A stretch of DNA of 35,386 nt from a virus. Its lineage: Duplodnaviria; Caudoviricetes. The stretch lies in IMG/VR virus record IMGVR_UViG_3300048858_000147, positions 1 to 35,386 of that record; one strand, given 5' to 3'. This document shows positions 26,153 through 34,511 of the stretch, in pieces. Each line of letters starts with the position of its first letter. Position 1 is the stretch's first letter. The position numbers were made by a program, and so were the translations under genes. The notes under the pieces are model-generated. The model saw only the letters and a list, made by a program, of their open reading frames with translations, made no database searches and was not told where the DNA came from.

Positions 26153-26542
26153 TCAGTCGTTCCAGCGGATCTCCTTGCCGTCCACCAGACCGTGGACGGA
26201 CATGGCTATCGAGAAATTCTTGAAGAGTGCGAACAGTTCGTCCGAAGTCATGTCGCGATCAATTTTTCGGACCTCCACTGGATTGCCAGATTTCGCGACA
26301 TCTTTCAGAGTTTCATAGTTGCCAAACGATCCGACAAGAAACTTGACTGAGAAGCTGAGCTTCTGTCCTGGCAACTTCACTGTGTGCGCGGAGATCTCGA
26401 TGCCGACCGGTATCTCGCCGGCCTGCATTTCTCCGATTGACGTCAGGTAGGCGCGAATACCGTTGACGTCCACTTGGTCGGCGGCTGCCGTTCCTTTCAG
26501 ATCGCCATAGTGAACTCCCGCTTTGAATGCCTCTTTCTGCAT
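26153..26542 (-). CDS. Hypothetical prophage cargo protein (129 aa)
   Basis: AGGAG RBS before ATG 26542; FKAGVHYGDLKGTAAAD start; function unknown. Confidence 0.75.
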   Translation of the reverse strand: MQKEAFKAGVHYGDLKGTAAADQVDVNGIRAYLTSIGEMQAGEIPVGIEISAHTVKLPGQKLSFSVKFLVGSFGNYETLKDVAKSGNPVEVRKIDRDMTSDELFALFKNFSIAMSVHGLVDGKEIRWND

Positions 26543-26647
26543 GATGACTCCTATCGTCCATAAGTCTTCAGTATGGCCCGCCAAGAGGCGTTGAGTCCAC
26601 CCCGGGACCTCGGAAGTGGGGCGCAACAACGGGGTGGCACCACACAT

Positions 26648-26695
26648 ACAACAAAAGTGTTATTTTTTTCCTGGCGATCACAACATTTATGTTGT
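26648..26695. promoter_or_regulatory. Probable HicB operators
   Basis: ACAACA-TTTA-TGTTGT palindrome at 26680-26695 and near copy ACAACA-AAAG-TGTTAT at 26648-26663 upstream of hicA. Confidence 0.6.
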
Positions 26696-26729
26696 ATTAT
26701 TTCTCCATAGCCACTCAACACGGAGGAGC

Positions 26730-26915
26730 ATGAAATACAGTGAGTTCAAGCGGTGGTTGGAAAAGCAGGGTGCGATATTCACTGCGCACCGCAGCGGATC
26801 AAGCCACTACCGGGTAACTCTGAATGGTTTGACGACGATCTTCCCCTACCACGGAGCCAAGGAAATGGGTAAGGGCCTCGAACTGAAAATCAAGAAGGAT
26901 CTCGGACTCAAGTGA
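26730..26915 (+). CDS. hicA: HicA toxin (mRNA interferase)
   Basis: MKYSEFKRWL..QG, GSSH, P.HG.KE...GL...IKKDLGLK; GGAGGAG RBS. Confidence 0.92.
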   Translation: MKYSEFKRWLEKQGAIFTAHRSGSSHYRVTLNGLTTIFPYHGAKEMGKGLELKIKKDLGLK

Positions 26916-27006
26916 AGGGAGGGCCCGAAAGGGCCTTCTCCGAACGAATCTCGCTCAAAGCATGTTGCTCGCTTCAAATCGCCATCCAGACTGGAGGCAA
27001 TAAAGT

Positions 27007-27426
27007 ATGCTCTCGTACCCTGTAGACCTAGAACCAGACACTAACGGAACACTGCTTGTCACCTTCCCTGACATTCCAGAAGCCGCTAGTGTCGCAGAGA
27101 ATGAACAAGATGCCCTCACAGAAGGGCTGGACGCTCTGGAAGCTGCTATCGAAATTTACTTCGATGAGAAGCGACTCATCCCCATGCCGTCTAAACCCAA
27201 GCGTGGGCAGCTAACTGTTACGCTGCCTGCGCTAGTTACAGCCAAGGTATTCTTGGCTAATGAGATGGTAGAGAAAGGCGTCCGCAAGACTGATCTTGCA
27301 CGACGCTTGAACATTCATATGCCACAGGTCGATCGACTTCTCGACCCGCGACACTCTTCGAAGATTGAGTTGATTGAGTCTGCTCTTGCTGCGTTGGGTA
27401 GGCGCCTTGATGTTCGGCTCGTGTGA
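27007..27426 (+). CDS. hicB: HicB antitoxin
   Basis: YPV.L..D....LVTFPDIPEA, C-terminal HTH VRKTDLARRL..H.PQVDRLLD..H.SKI. Confidence 0.92.
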   Translation: MLSYPVDLEPDTNGTLLVTFPDIPEAASVAENEQDALTEGLDALEAAIEIYFDEKRLIPMPSKPKRGQLTVTLPALVTAKVFLANEMVEKGVRKTDLARRLNIHMPQVDRLLDPRHSSKIELIESALAALGRRLDVRLV

Positions 27427-28334
27427 CAACTAAACTTTCACGGCAACCGATGGCAATGAACAGCGATACTCAGGGTGTTGGGCGGTTACCAGCGATCTTG
27501 GCTCAGCACTTGGTGACGTTCTCGTGCGACGACTCTTCGCCAAAAGTGTTGGAGGCAAACGGCGGTCGTCGCCTTAAAAGAACGTATTCGGGATTCATCG
27601 TGGAAGTGCACGGCCACTGGTGCATCTGCACGGCCGCCCATTGCATTGAGCAGGTCCAAGAACTATTGGAGCAGGGACACGTTCTCACTGACTGGGAGAT
27701 AGACGATTCAGCCATCCAAGCGCCACCAGAGCGCATGCCGTATCGCTTTTCTCCTGACTTTTATAACGACACCTTCATGGTTAGGGACGAGCACTTTGGC
27801 TTCGACTACGGCCTGATTTTGCTGGACACGTTTCCTCGAGTGGCGCTTGCCAAGAACGGGATCCGCCCCATCAACTCAGGGGATCTGGTCGACCCATTCC
27901 AGCATGACGCGAGCTACTGGATTGTCTGCGGCGTCCCGGAGGAGAGCATCAAGACATTCGGATCGGGACTCACGGTAAAGGAATTCACCGGCATATTGGT
28001 GCGCCCCCTGCCAGGAGCGCCCGATTGGTGGATAGATCCACCGGCTCTCCCAAGATTGTACGGGGAGGTATGCGATCCGGCAGACCCTAGCGACATGTTG
28101 AAGAGCGTGCAGGGAATGAGCGGGGGCCCAGTTTTCGCTGTGCAGGAGAAGGACGGCATTTTTTTCGACCCCAAGCTGATCGGCATACAGAGCAGTTGGG
28201 TCCACCGCCATCGCGTGATCGCGGCATGTCCGGCCGCCCCGTTCTTTGATGCCTTAGCGCGAATGCTTGCGGACTATGAAGCCGCGCATCCCAGCGGCGA
28301 AGATCACGGAGGAGCGGACGTCAGGGCGTCATAG
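27423..28334 (+). CDS. Trypsin-like serine protease, no signal peptide
   Basis: TAAHC (His), DYGLILL (Asp), QGMSGGPVF (Ser), LIGIQS; GTG overlaps hicB stop. Confidence 0.8.
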   Translation: MTTKLSRQPMAMNSDTQGVGRLPAILAQHLVTFSCDDSSPKVLEANGGRRLKRTYSGFIVEVHGHWCICTAAHCIEQVQELLEQGHVLTDWEIDDSAIQAPPERMPYRFSPDFYNDTFMVRDEHFGFDYGLILLDTFPRVALAKNGIRPINSGDLVDPFQHDASYWIVCGVPEESIKTFGSGLTVKEFTGILVRPLPGAPDWWIDPPALPRLYGEVCDPADPSDMLKSVQGMSGGPVFAVQEKDGIFFDPKLIGIQSSWVHRHRVIAACPAAPFFDALARMLADYEAAHPSGEDHGGADVRAS

Positions 28335-28850
28335 GCCCTCTCACAGGCAAGTCCGGCGATTCTTGCTGAGTCAGCATATTCAGCCAAAATTCCCGCTCGA
28401 CGGTCAGCGCGGCCGAGCACGCTCGGCAAGCATTCCGATGGGATCGTCGGTTGTCTGGCCTGCGCCGGCAGTGCCGGTATTGTGGCCGGCTCGACTGGCA
28501 GCGACCAGTTCTGCGACTCGACCGCGCAACCGGTCAGCAGCAGCGCCAGCATCGCGGGCGTCGCGGCGCGCGCCCTCCAGTTCTTCTGTTGCAGCATTGG
28601 CTATCTCCTTCTGCGCCGCGGTGCGGCGCTGTTCCTCCAGACGGGCGGCCTCGACCGCTTTCACGTGCGCATAGGCCTGCGCCTTGCGCTCGTCTGCATG
28701 TTGCGACGTCAGCCGGTCAATCTGGCTGTCGTTGCGCCAGCCGTTGACCGTCCACCCGATACCGAACGCCAGTACAGCCAAGCCGACGGCGGCGACCGTG
28801 CGCCACGGGACCGCAGCACCGGCGGCCCGGATTGGAGTTGCTTGGATCAT
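28304..28850 (-). pseudogene. Rz/Rz1 spanin pair with a 1-bp insertion
   Basis: GAGCACGCTCGGCAAG here versus GAGCACGTCGGCAAG in element A; Rz frame stops at 28404 and its C-terminus continues in the Rz1 frame. Confidence 0.85.
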
Positions 28851-29047
28851 CGCTTCCTCGTAGCGCAATCCGCATACAGCGCCGCGGTCTTGTCGATGTG
28901 AGCCAGCATGGCCTGCCTGCCAGCGCCGCGTGGCAGCGTAGGCAGCGGCGCGCAGGCCTGTGGCTCTGTCGCCGGCGTCACGATCTGAACGGGCGGCGGC
29001 GGCACAGCACACCCAGCCAGCAGCATCGAAAGAAGGGCAGCCCTCAT
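28847..29047 (-). CDS. Small Pro-rich lipoprotein (o-spanin-like)
   Basis: Lipobox LLAGC, Pro-rich, two more Cys; ATGA overlaps on both sides. Confidence 0.75.
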   Translation of the reverse strand: MRAALLSMLLAGCAVPPPPVQIVTPATEPQACAPLPTLPRGAGRQAMLAHIDKTAALYADCATRKR

Positions 29048-29481
29048 TTGCCGGCCCTCTGCAGCTTTCGGTTAGCCGCCTCGATCGCGCTGTTGGCCTT
29101 CGCCCGTTCGGCTTCCGTCAACGGCGCGGGCGTACTCTTGCCTTGGGCGACGCGTTTCGCGGTCTGGGCTACCTCGGCTGAAGTGACCGCGGCTTCGGCG
29201 GCAGCGCCTGCAGCCTCAGAAGCCGTCTGCGCAATGTCATTGATCTTCGGCACCAAGGCCCGGAGCGTGATGCCCTAGGTCTCCTGCATCCGTTCGATCT
29301 CTGCCAGGTGGTCGGCACGCTGCTCGATCATGGCTTCACGCGCTTGCCAGATGGCGAGGCTGTATCCGGCAACGCCGCCGCCCATCGCCACCACCAGGAG
29401 CAGCGTCACCGCCTCACAGACATGTGCCGCCCGGCGAAACATCGCCATGTTTCGGCCCACCCATTCACGTAGCTTTGCCAT
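29044..29481 (-). pseudogene. TM + coiled-coil lysis-cassette protein with in-frame TAG
   Basis: ORFs 29275-29484 and 29044-29256 share a frame and are separated by TAG at 29275-29277. Confidence 0.75.
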
Positions 29482-29842
29482 CAAGCCTCTCCTTGAGCAT
29501 CTGCACTTCGGTCGTCAGTCGTGCGATCGTTGCCTTGAGCTCGCCTATCGCACCCAGCGCCTCGTTGCGCTCGGCGTACGCGCGGTCAGCCCGCTGCTCT
29601 GCGAGGTCGGCGCGCGCGTTTGCTTTATCGAGCTGCTCGGCCATCCGCGCGATGATGTCGATGTGTGCCTTGCTCTGCGCAATCTCCGCATCGCTTTGGG
29701 CCCCTTCGACCCTGTCGCTGCGCCATACCTTGCGGACGAACCAGATCGCCCCGCCAATCGCCGACACGATCAAACCGATCGCGCCGCCCGTGCCTCCCGG
29801 CACACTGTTCCCGAGCTCGTCCAAACTAGTCACCCTTCCCAT
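29465..29842 (-). CDS. Putative holin, paralog of 2495-2827
   Basis: PGGTGGAIG...AIGGAIW..R.VWR.DR.EG and QLDKA.ARAD.AEQRAD.AY.ERN shared; start uncertain. Confidence 0.65.
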   Translation of the reverse strand: MGRVTSLDELGNSVPGGTGGAIGLIVSAIGGAIWFVRKVWRSDRVEGAQSDAEIAQSKAHIDIIARMAEQLDKANARADLAEQRADRAYAERNEALGAIGELKATIARLTTEVQMLKERLDGKAT

Positions 29843-29848
29843 TGGGCT

Positions 29849-30344
29849 TTACGCCTCGATGTCCGTACCGCCTCGTGCGACGTAGATCGCTTGAAGCAAG
29901 TCGAAGTCTTGTTCGTGTTGACCGTATCCAGCACCCGGGAGGCTCGCCCATATGTTCCGGCACTTGCTGGTGGCGTCTCGTAGCCGCCCTGCTTCTATGT
30001 CGGTGATGGCCCGGCGCTCCCGGATTTGCTCGACCGCGATGGCGTCCTGGGATGCCGGGCTGAAGTCCGTTAGGCGAAGCTGCTTCTTGTAGGCGTCGAA
30101 ATAGCGAGACAGCAGCTGGTAGCGCCCCGCCGCCGTTGAACTGATGCCCAACCGAGGCAAGCGAATCAGCTTGCGTGGGTGGTCGGCGTAGCCAGTGAAG
30201 AGTCCACCGCCGACCAACACGTCATAACCGCGGTCCTTCGTGGGTTGCCGGCCGTTGTCGGTGCCCTCGCTGAACGCCAGCATGTCCAAGAACGCCGCCA
30301 TGTTTCCGGCCGCCCGGCAGTTGATCGGGATGGGTATGTGGCAT
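29849..30344 (-). pseudogene. Lambda R-type endolysin with +1 frameshift near the N-terminus
   Basis: ATG 30344 (GGAGG RBS) reads MPHTHPDQLPGGR then CGG-AAAC-ATG, one A more than element A's AGG-AAC-ATG; catalytic body open from ATG 30301. Confidence 0.75.
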
Positions 30345-30423
30345 GGCGCCTCCAGAAACGAAAAAGCCCGCACGAGGCGGGCAATAAAAAAGCCACCCGG
30401 AGGTGGCAGGCTTGATTCTGGCA

Positions 30424-31545
30424 TCAGGCTAGGCGAGGCTCCCGGCCTGCGAGCCATCGCTTCAGTAGCGGCCTGGCTGGCTGTTCGATCCAGTGGAATA
30501 TCGCTGCCGCGCCGGCCAGTGAGGCGAACCAGTACAGCAAATAGGCCGCGCCCCAACTCGCCAGAATTGGCTCACGATAGTGCGCGAACATCCAGCGCAG
30601 AACGAGCTGGTGCAACAAATACAGGGCGAAGCTGATCTCGCCCAGGTAGACCAACGGCCGCCACGACAGCAACCGCGAAACGACGCCGCGCTCGGCGTAT
30701 AGCGCGGCCAACGCAGCGCCGAACATAGGGAAGGGCCCAGCGACGCGAATCCAAACGCTGGCTTGGGGGGCACTGGCGGAGATGGCATCGGCAAGACTGG
30801 TGCATCCCACCATTGCCGCGAAGGCAAGGAGGCACGCGGCAACCTCATAGCCGGAGGACTTCGCGAGCGACCAAGCCTTCGCCCTGCTCGCAATAGACAC
30901 TGCTGCCTGGTACGCAACCATACCGCCGAGGAATTCGGCGAACCGAGTCAGCGGAGAAATGTAAAGGATGCCCCAGGCCGTCACGCCCGGCGCAGTCTCC
31001 ACCGCCGGCAGGCCATCTATGGAACAAAAAGCGATCGCCCCACTAATTAGCGCAATGGCAAGCGCGACAAGCCGCCACGATCGCTCACGCGCTCCGGCCA
31101 GCAAGAACGGGAATGCCACATAAAAGAACAGCTCAGTCGAAATACTCCAGCTGACGGCGTTGACCGAGTAGTACCAGCTCTTCAGTGGTATCCAGGACTG
31201 CAGCAGCAGAAAATTCACCAGGGCCTTGAGGCCGGAAGACACATCGGTAGTCGGCACTACCGCCAGCATAGCTAACACCGCTGTCGCAACATGAGCCGGC
31301 CACAGCCTCGCGATTCTCGCAGCCCAGAACTGCCGCAGGCCGTCCCCGGCTCGCAGGTTCCGGTAGGCATGGCTTAGAATGAAGCCCGATAGTACGAAGA
31401 AAAATGACACCGCCTGTCGCGTATCGAACAGCGATATCCCTAGTCCAAAAAAGCTCGGCGATCCCGCGTGCTGAAATGCAATCAGGGCGGCCGCAAAAAA
31501 GCGCAAGGAAGTTAGCGCATCGATCCTCTTGTAATGCGAGTCCAC
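30424..31545 (-). CDS. Acyltransferase-3 (OafA/Oac-like O-acyltransferase)
   Basis: IDALTSLRFFAA..I.F.H, VSFFFVLSGFIL, ARIARLWP, WSISTELFFY, YLGEISFALYLLH, WIEQP; many TM segments. Confidence 0.93.
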   Translation of the reverse strand: MDSHYKRIDALTSLRFFAAALIAFQHAGSPSFFGLGISLFDTRQAVSFFFVLSGFILSHAYRNLRAGDGLRQFWAARIARLWPAHVATAVLAMLAVVPTTDVSSGLKALVNFLLLQSWIPLKSWYYSVNAVSWSISTELFFYVAFPFLLAGARERSWRLVALAIALISGAIAFCSIDGLPAVETAPGVTAWGILYISPLTRFAEFLGGMVAYQAAVSIASRAKAWSLAKSSGYEVAACLLAFAAMVGCTSLADAISASAPQASVWIRVAGPFPMFGAALAALYAERGVVSRLLSWRPLVYLGEISFALYLLHQLVLRWMFAHYREPILASWGAAYLLYWFASLAGAAAIFHWIEQPARPLLKRWLAGREPRLA

Positions 31546-31595
31546 TGGCTGTTATTTTTGTCCCAAACAGCGAAACTCTACCCTATCCGTGCGAC

Positions 31596-31790
31596 TCAGC
31601 CTACTAGCTTAGTAACTCCTGGTAAGTCAAAACCGCCCTCGTCTGTATAGGTCCACCCTTCCTGCGGCCGTGGATCAAAACCTGTCACATCTATCCACAC
31701 CAAGTCAGGGTGAAACATCTTTGTGATATCACCGTCAGTGGAGAGCAGTTCCCTCACAATGCCGTTGTAGACACGCGCGTACGTTTTCAT
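31596..31790 (-). CDS. Short tail-fibre-associated protein
   Basis: MKTYARV...STDGDI..MFHPDLVW.D matches the N-terminal half of 3439-3849; chaperone C-terminal half absent. Confidence 0.75.
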   Translation of the reverse strand: MKTYARVYNGIVRELLSTDGDITKMFHPDLVWIDVTGFDPRPQEGWTYTDEGGFDLPGVTKLVG

Positions 31791-32680
31791 TAGCTGTACT
31801 CCCGCACAATTGCTATGCCGCTGCCTCCGTCAACCCCGACCACTGCGGCACTACTAAAGAATTGAGAAAGCCCGCCACCTCCCGCGCCAGGGCCGCCAGC
31901 AGACTGGCCGCTGATTCCGCGTGCGCCGAAGCGCGACATCCCTCCATGGCTTGGGGTGGCAACCGTACCTGAAAGCATCGTCGTGCCTCCACCCGCTACA
32001 CCGATACTTGATTCAAGGTTCCCTCCGCTCGGAGGCGCCGCGTATATACTCCCGCCGCGAGCGGTCGGCTGCACCACTGGCGCAGACGACTGGCCGCCAA
32101 CTCCTCCGGGGGCTGACACAAGGGCGCCAAAACTGGACGTGCCGCCATTCCCGCCGTTGCTCTGACCCGCCGCTCCGCCTGCTCCCGCGGCTCCCATCGT
32201 GATAGCCACACCCGAAAAACCACTGGACAGTCTGGCCATGGCATAGGAGCCGGCACCCCCACTGCCGCTTGCAGATACGGTGGTTCCCCCGGTGGCCGGC
32301 ACGCCGCCACCCCCGCCTCCGCCCCCCTGAACCTCGACCTCTACGAAACGGGTCGAGGCAAGCGCAGTAAATGTACTGGCGCCCGTAGAGGTAGGGGTGC
32401 CGCCGTCCACCGAAACGAGTTGCGTGCCAGTTGGTCTGGTATAGACGCTAGTCCGTAGAAGACGACCCTGCATAGCCTTGGTAAGCTGTGTCCGGTCGTT
32501 CGGGTCCAAAGTCTGACCTGACGCCTCCACCGCATTCGCAATCTCTTCCTGAACGCTATCGAACCACACGTCCTCAAGGTCCGTTGCGGGGATGCCGCCA
32601 ACCGCATCTCCATTCGTGAAGCCGTCCTTTCCGGGCCCGAACTTGTTGGGAACGCGGGTGGCAGTAGAAATACGTCGCAT
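31790..32680 (-). CDS. Short tail fibre (Mu/SfV-type anchor, Gly-rich tip)
   Basis: KFG.GKDGFT.GD....PAT.....WFDSVQEEI...VE..G..LD....QL anchor; C-terminal domain similar to element A fibre. Confidence 0.85.
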   Translation of the reverse strand: MRRISTATRVPNKFGPGKDGFTNGDAVGGIPATDLEDVWFDSVQEEIANAVEASGQTLDPNDRTQLTKAMQGRLLRTSVYTRPTGTQLVSVDGGTPTSTGASTFTALASTRFVEVEVQGGGGGGGGVPATGGTTVSASGSGGAGSYAMARLSSGFSGVAITMGAAGAGGAAGQSNGGNGGTSSFGALVSAPGGVGGQSSAPVVQPTARGGSIYAAPPSGGNLESSIGVAGGGTTMLSGTVATPSHGGMSRFGARGISGQSAGGPGAGGGGLSQFFSSAAVVGVDGGSGIAIVREYS

Positions 32681-33271
32681 CAGGTTTCTCCGTAGCCGAT
32701 GTAAAGAACAGTGTGAGCAGGTTTATATTTGGCGAGAATGCACGCCAGTCCCGGATCGCCGAATCGGGTCAGCGGTTCGTTGGCGCGGCTGACTGCGTTG
32801 AAGCGCTTTGCCGTCGACGAGGCAGGAACGTGCACGCGCCAGGCGTAACGCCACCCGCCTGGTTCAGCGGCGCGTTGCATTTGCTGTACGCGCGGAAGGG
32901 GCGGAATCCTCGATCGTTACGTCCGCATAACCCAAGGCGGCTAGGAAGTCGATGAAGAACTGTCCCGACTGGCCGCCCTGAAAGACCATCTTCTGCACGA
33001 GCCGGCCGCGGCGCTCCGCCACAGTGGATGCTTCGGGTAGGCATTCATCTGGCAGGCCGAACAGGCGCTCCCAGTCCGCCAGCATCTCGATCGTGGTGCG
33101 TGGGTCCGCCTCTGCTATCAGGTTGTCGACGCGAAGGTCCACGCGAGCCAGTTCTGCCGCAACGGCAGCTAGCATCCGTGTCGTAACAGCCTCGTCGTCA
33201 CGCGGCCAAGCCGGGCCCCGGGGTAGCAGTTCCTGCAGATGCTGCAGGTAATCCCCCGCGGTCAGAGCCAT
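32680..33271 (-). pseudogene. Mu gp48/YmfQ (DUF2313)-like baseplate gene, two frameshifts
   Basis: LLPRGPAW, EADPRTT.EML.DWER..GLPD.C; expected FRPFRA.S.CN.PL and WRYAWRV...KYKPAHT lie in two other frames. Confidence 0.85.
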
Positions 33272-34308
33272 GTGATGCTCCCGAAGGTCGACATCGACCC
33301 GACAGGATTCGTGACGTTCGCCACTGGCGATACCAGCACGTGGTCAACCTCGCCGGCCGCGATACTGATGGCCTCTCGGATGTGGCTGATCAGAATGGTC
33401 TGACCCGGCGCAGCCTCACGGCGGAGCAGATCCCGCAGTTCCGCTTCGACCACAGCCTTTACAGCGACGGTGGACGGCGTGAGGGCAATCTGAAAGTCGA
33501 TCGGCGCCGCAACAGGCGCCACCACGTAGAGCTCGGCTGTCACTGGCCGGAGGCCGTCGATATGCGCCTGCACCGCCTCGACCTCCGCGGCATCCGGGAT
33601 CAGCGACACGTCGTTGTCCCGCACAAAGCGGACGGTAACCGTGCCGGCGCCCATCTCCAACGGATAGACCCACGCCCGCGTGACGCCTGGCACCTCCAGA
33701 GCCCATGCCACATAGTCTGATTCGGCCCCGCCGCTGGGGGGCTTGCGAATGCGGGCGAGGAAGCGGGAGCGCAGTTCGTCAGCGGACTCGATGTCGGAGC
33801 CATTCACCAAGCCCGCCGATCCGACGATGCCGGCAGACTGAACCCCAGCAATAGGGCTCAGCAACGCCAGCGCGACGCCCGCCAGCGCATTGCCAGAGGC
33901 CCCGGCCTCGCTGGCCCTGATCGGGACAGCAGCCGCTCCACCGGCCAGCGTAATATCCGCCGTTACGATGTATTCGATCCCATCAGCCCGGCGAAGCACG
34001 GTACCTTCCGGAATTACCGTGCCGGCGGCCCCGGTAGCAAGCCACTCGCCCACAGCGAATTCGGCGGGCTTCTGCTCGATGCCCCAGATCGACGCCCACC
34101 GCAGTAGCAGTTCGTCATCCGCCGTGTCGTAGATGACCTGATTCGAAATCCAGTCCAGATAGCCGTGCAGTTCGTGCGAGGCACCCGCCAAGACCCGGGC
34201 CAGCACTTCGGAATCAGACCGGCGCAGGAGCTCGTCAGGTGTGAGCCGGGCCAGCATGTCCGCGCGCGTGCGCGCTACCAGCTCGGTCAGCGTCGGTCGA
34301 CTAAACAT
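33262..34308 (-). CDS. Baseplate J / Mu gp47-like protein
   Basis: FSRPTL.EL, GSD.ES.D.LR.R, PPSGGA.SDY..WALEVPGVTRAW, GAGTV, RPVTA. Confidence 0.92.
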   Translation of the reverse strand: MFSRPTLTELVARTRADMLARLTPDELLRRSDSEVLARVLAGASHELHGYLDWISNQVIYDTADDELLLRWASIWGIEQKPAEFAVGEWLATGAAGTVIPEGTVLRRADGIEYIVTADITLAGGAAAVPIRASEAGASGNALAGVALALLSPIAGVQSAGIVGSAGLVNGSDIESADELRSRFLARIRKPPSGGAESDYVAWALEVPGVTRAWVYPLEMGAGTVTVRFVRDNDVSLIPDAAEVEAVQAHIDGLRPVTAELYVVAPVAAPIDFQIALTPSTVAVKAVVEAELRDLLRREAAPGQTILISHIREAISIAAGEVDHVLVSPVANVTNPVGSMSTFGSITWL

Positions 34309-34511
34309 TGAGTTTGCTCCAGACGTTGGCAAAGCGAAGATCCAGTTGTGTGCCGTCGACGCGGTAGATCACAACCATCGTCTGTGCTGACCGGCGGTAC
34401 AGGTTGCATCTTGCTTGAGGCGTTGGCGAGGACTACGGTCCCGCGCACCACCAGATTCTGCAGACGGCGTAGCAGCGGGCCCGCGAGGCGGCCAAACGTT
34501 CGGTCGTCCAT
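34305..34511 (-). pseudogene. Deletion remnant joining Mu gp45 (spike) N-terminus to gp46 C-terminus
   Basis: MDDRTFGRLAGPLLRRLQNLVVRGTV..AN...KMQ runs within ~30 bp into VVIYRVDGTQLDLRFANVW in another frame; only ~200 bp where two genes are expected. Confidence 0.7.
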
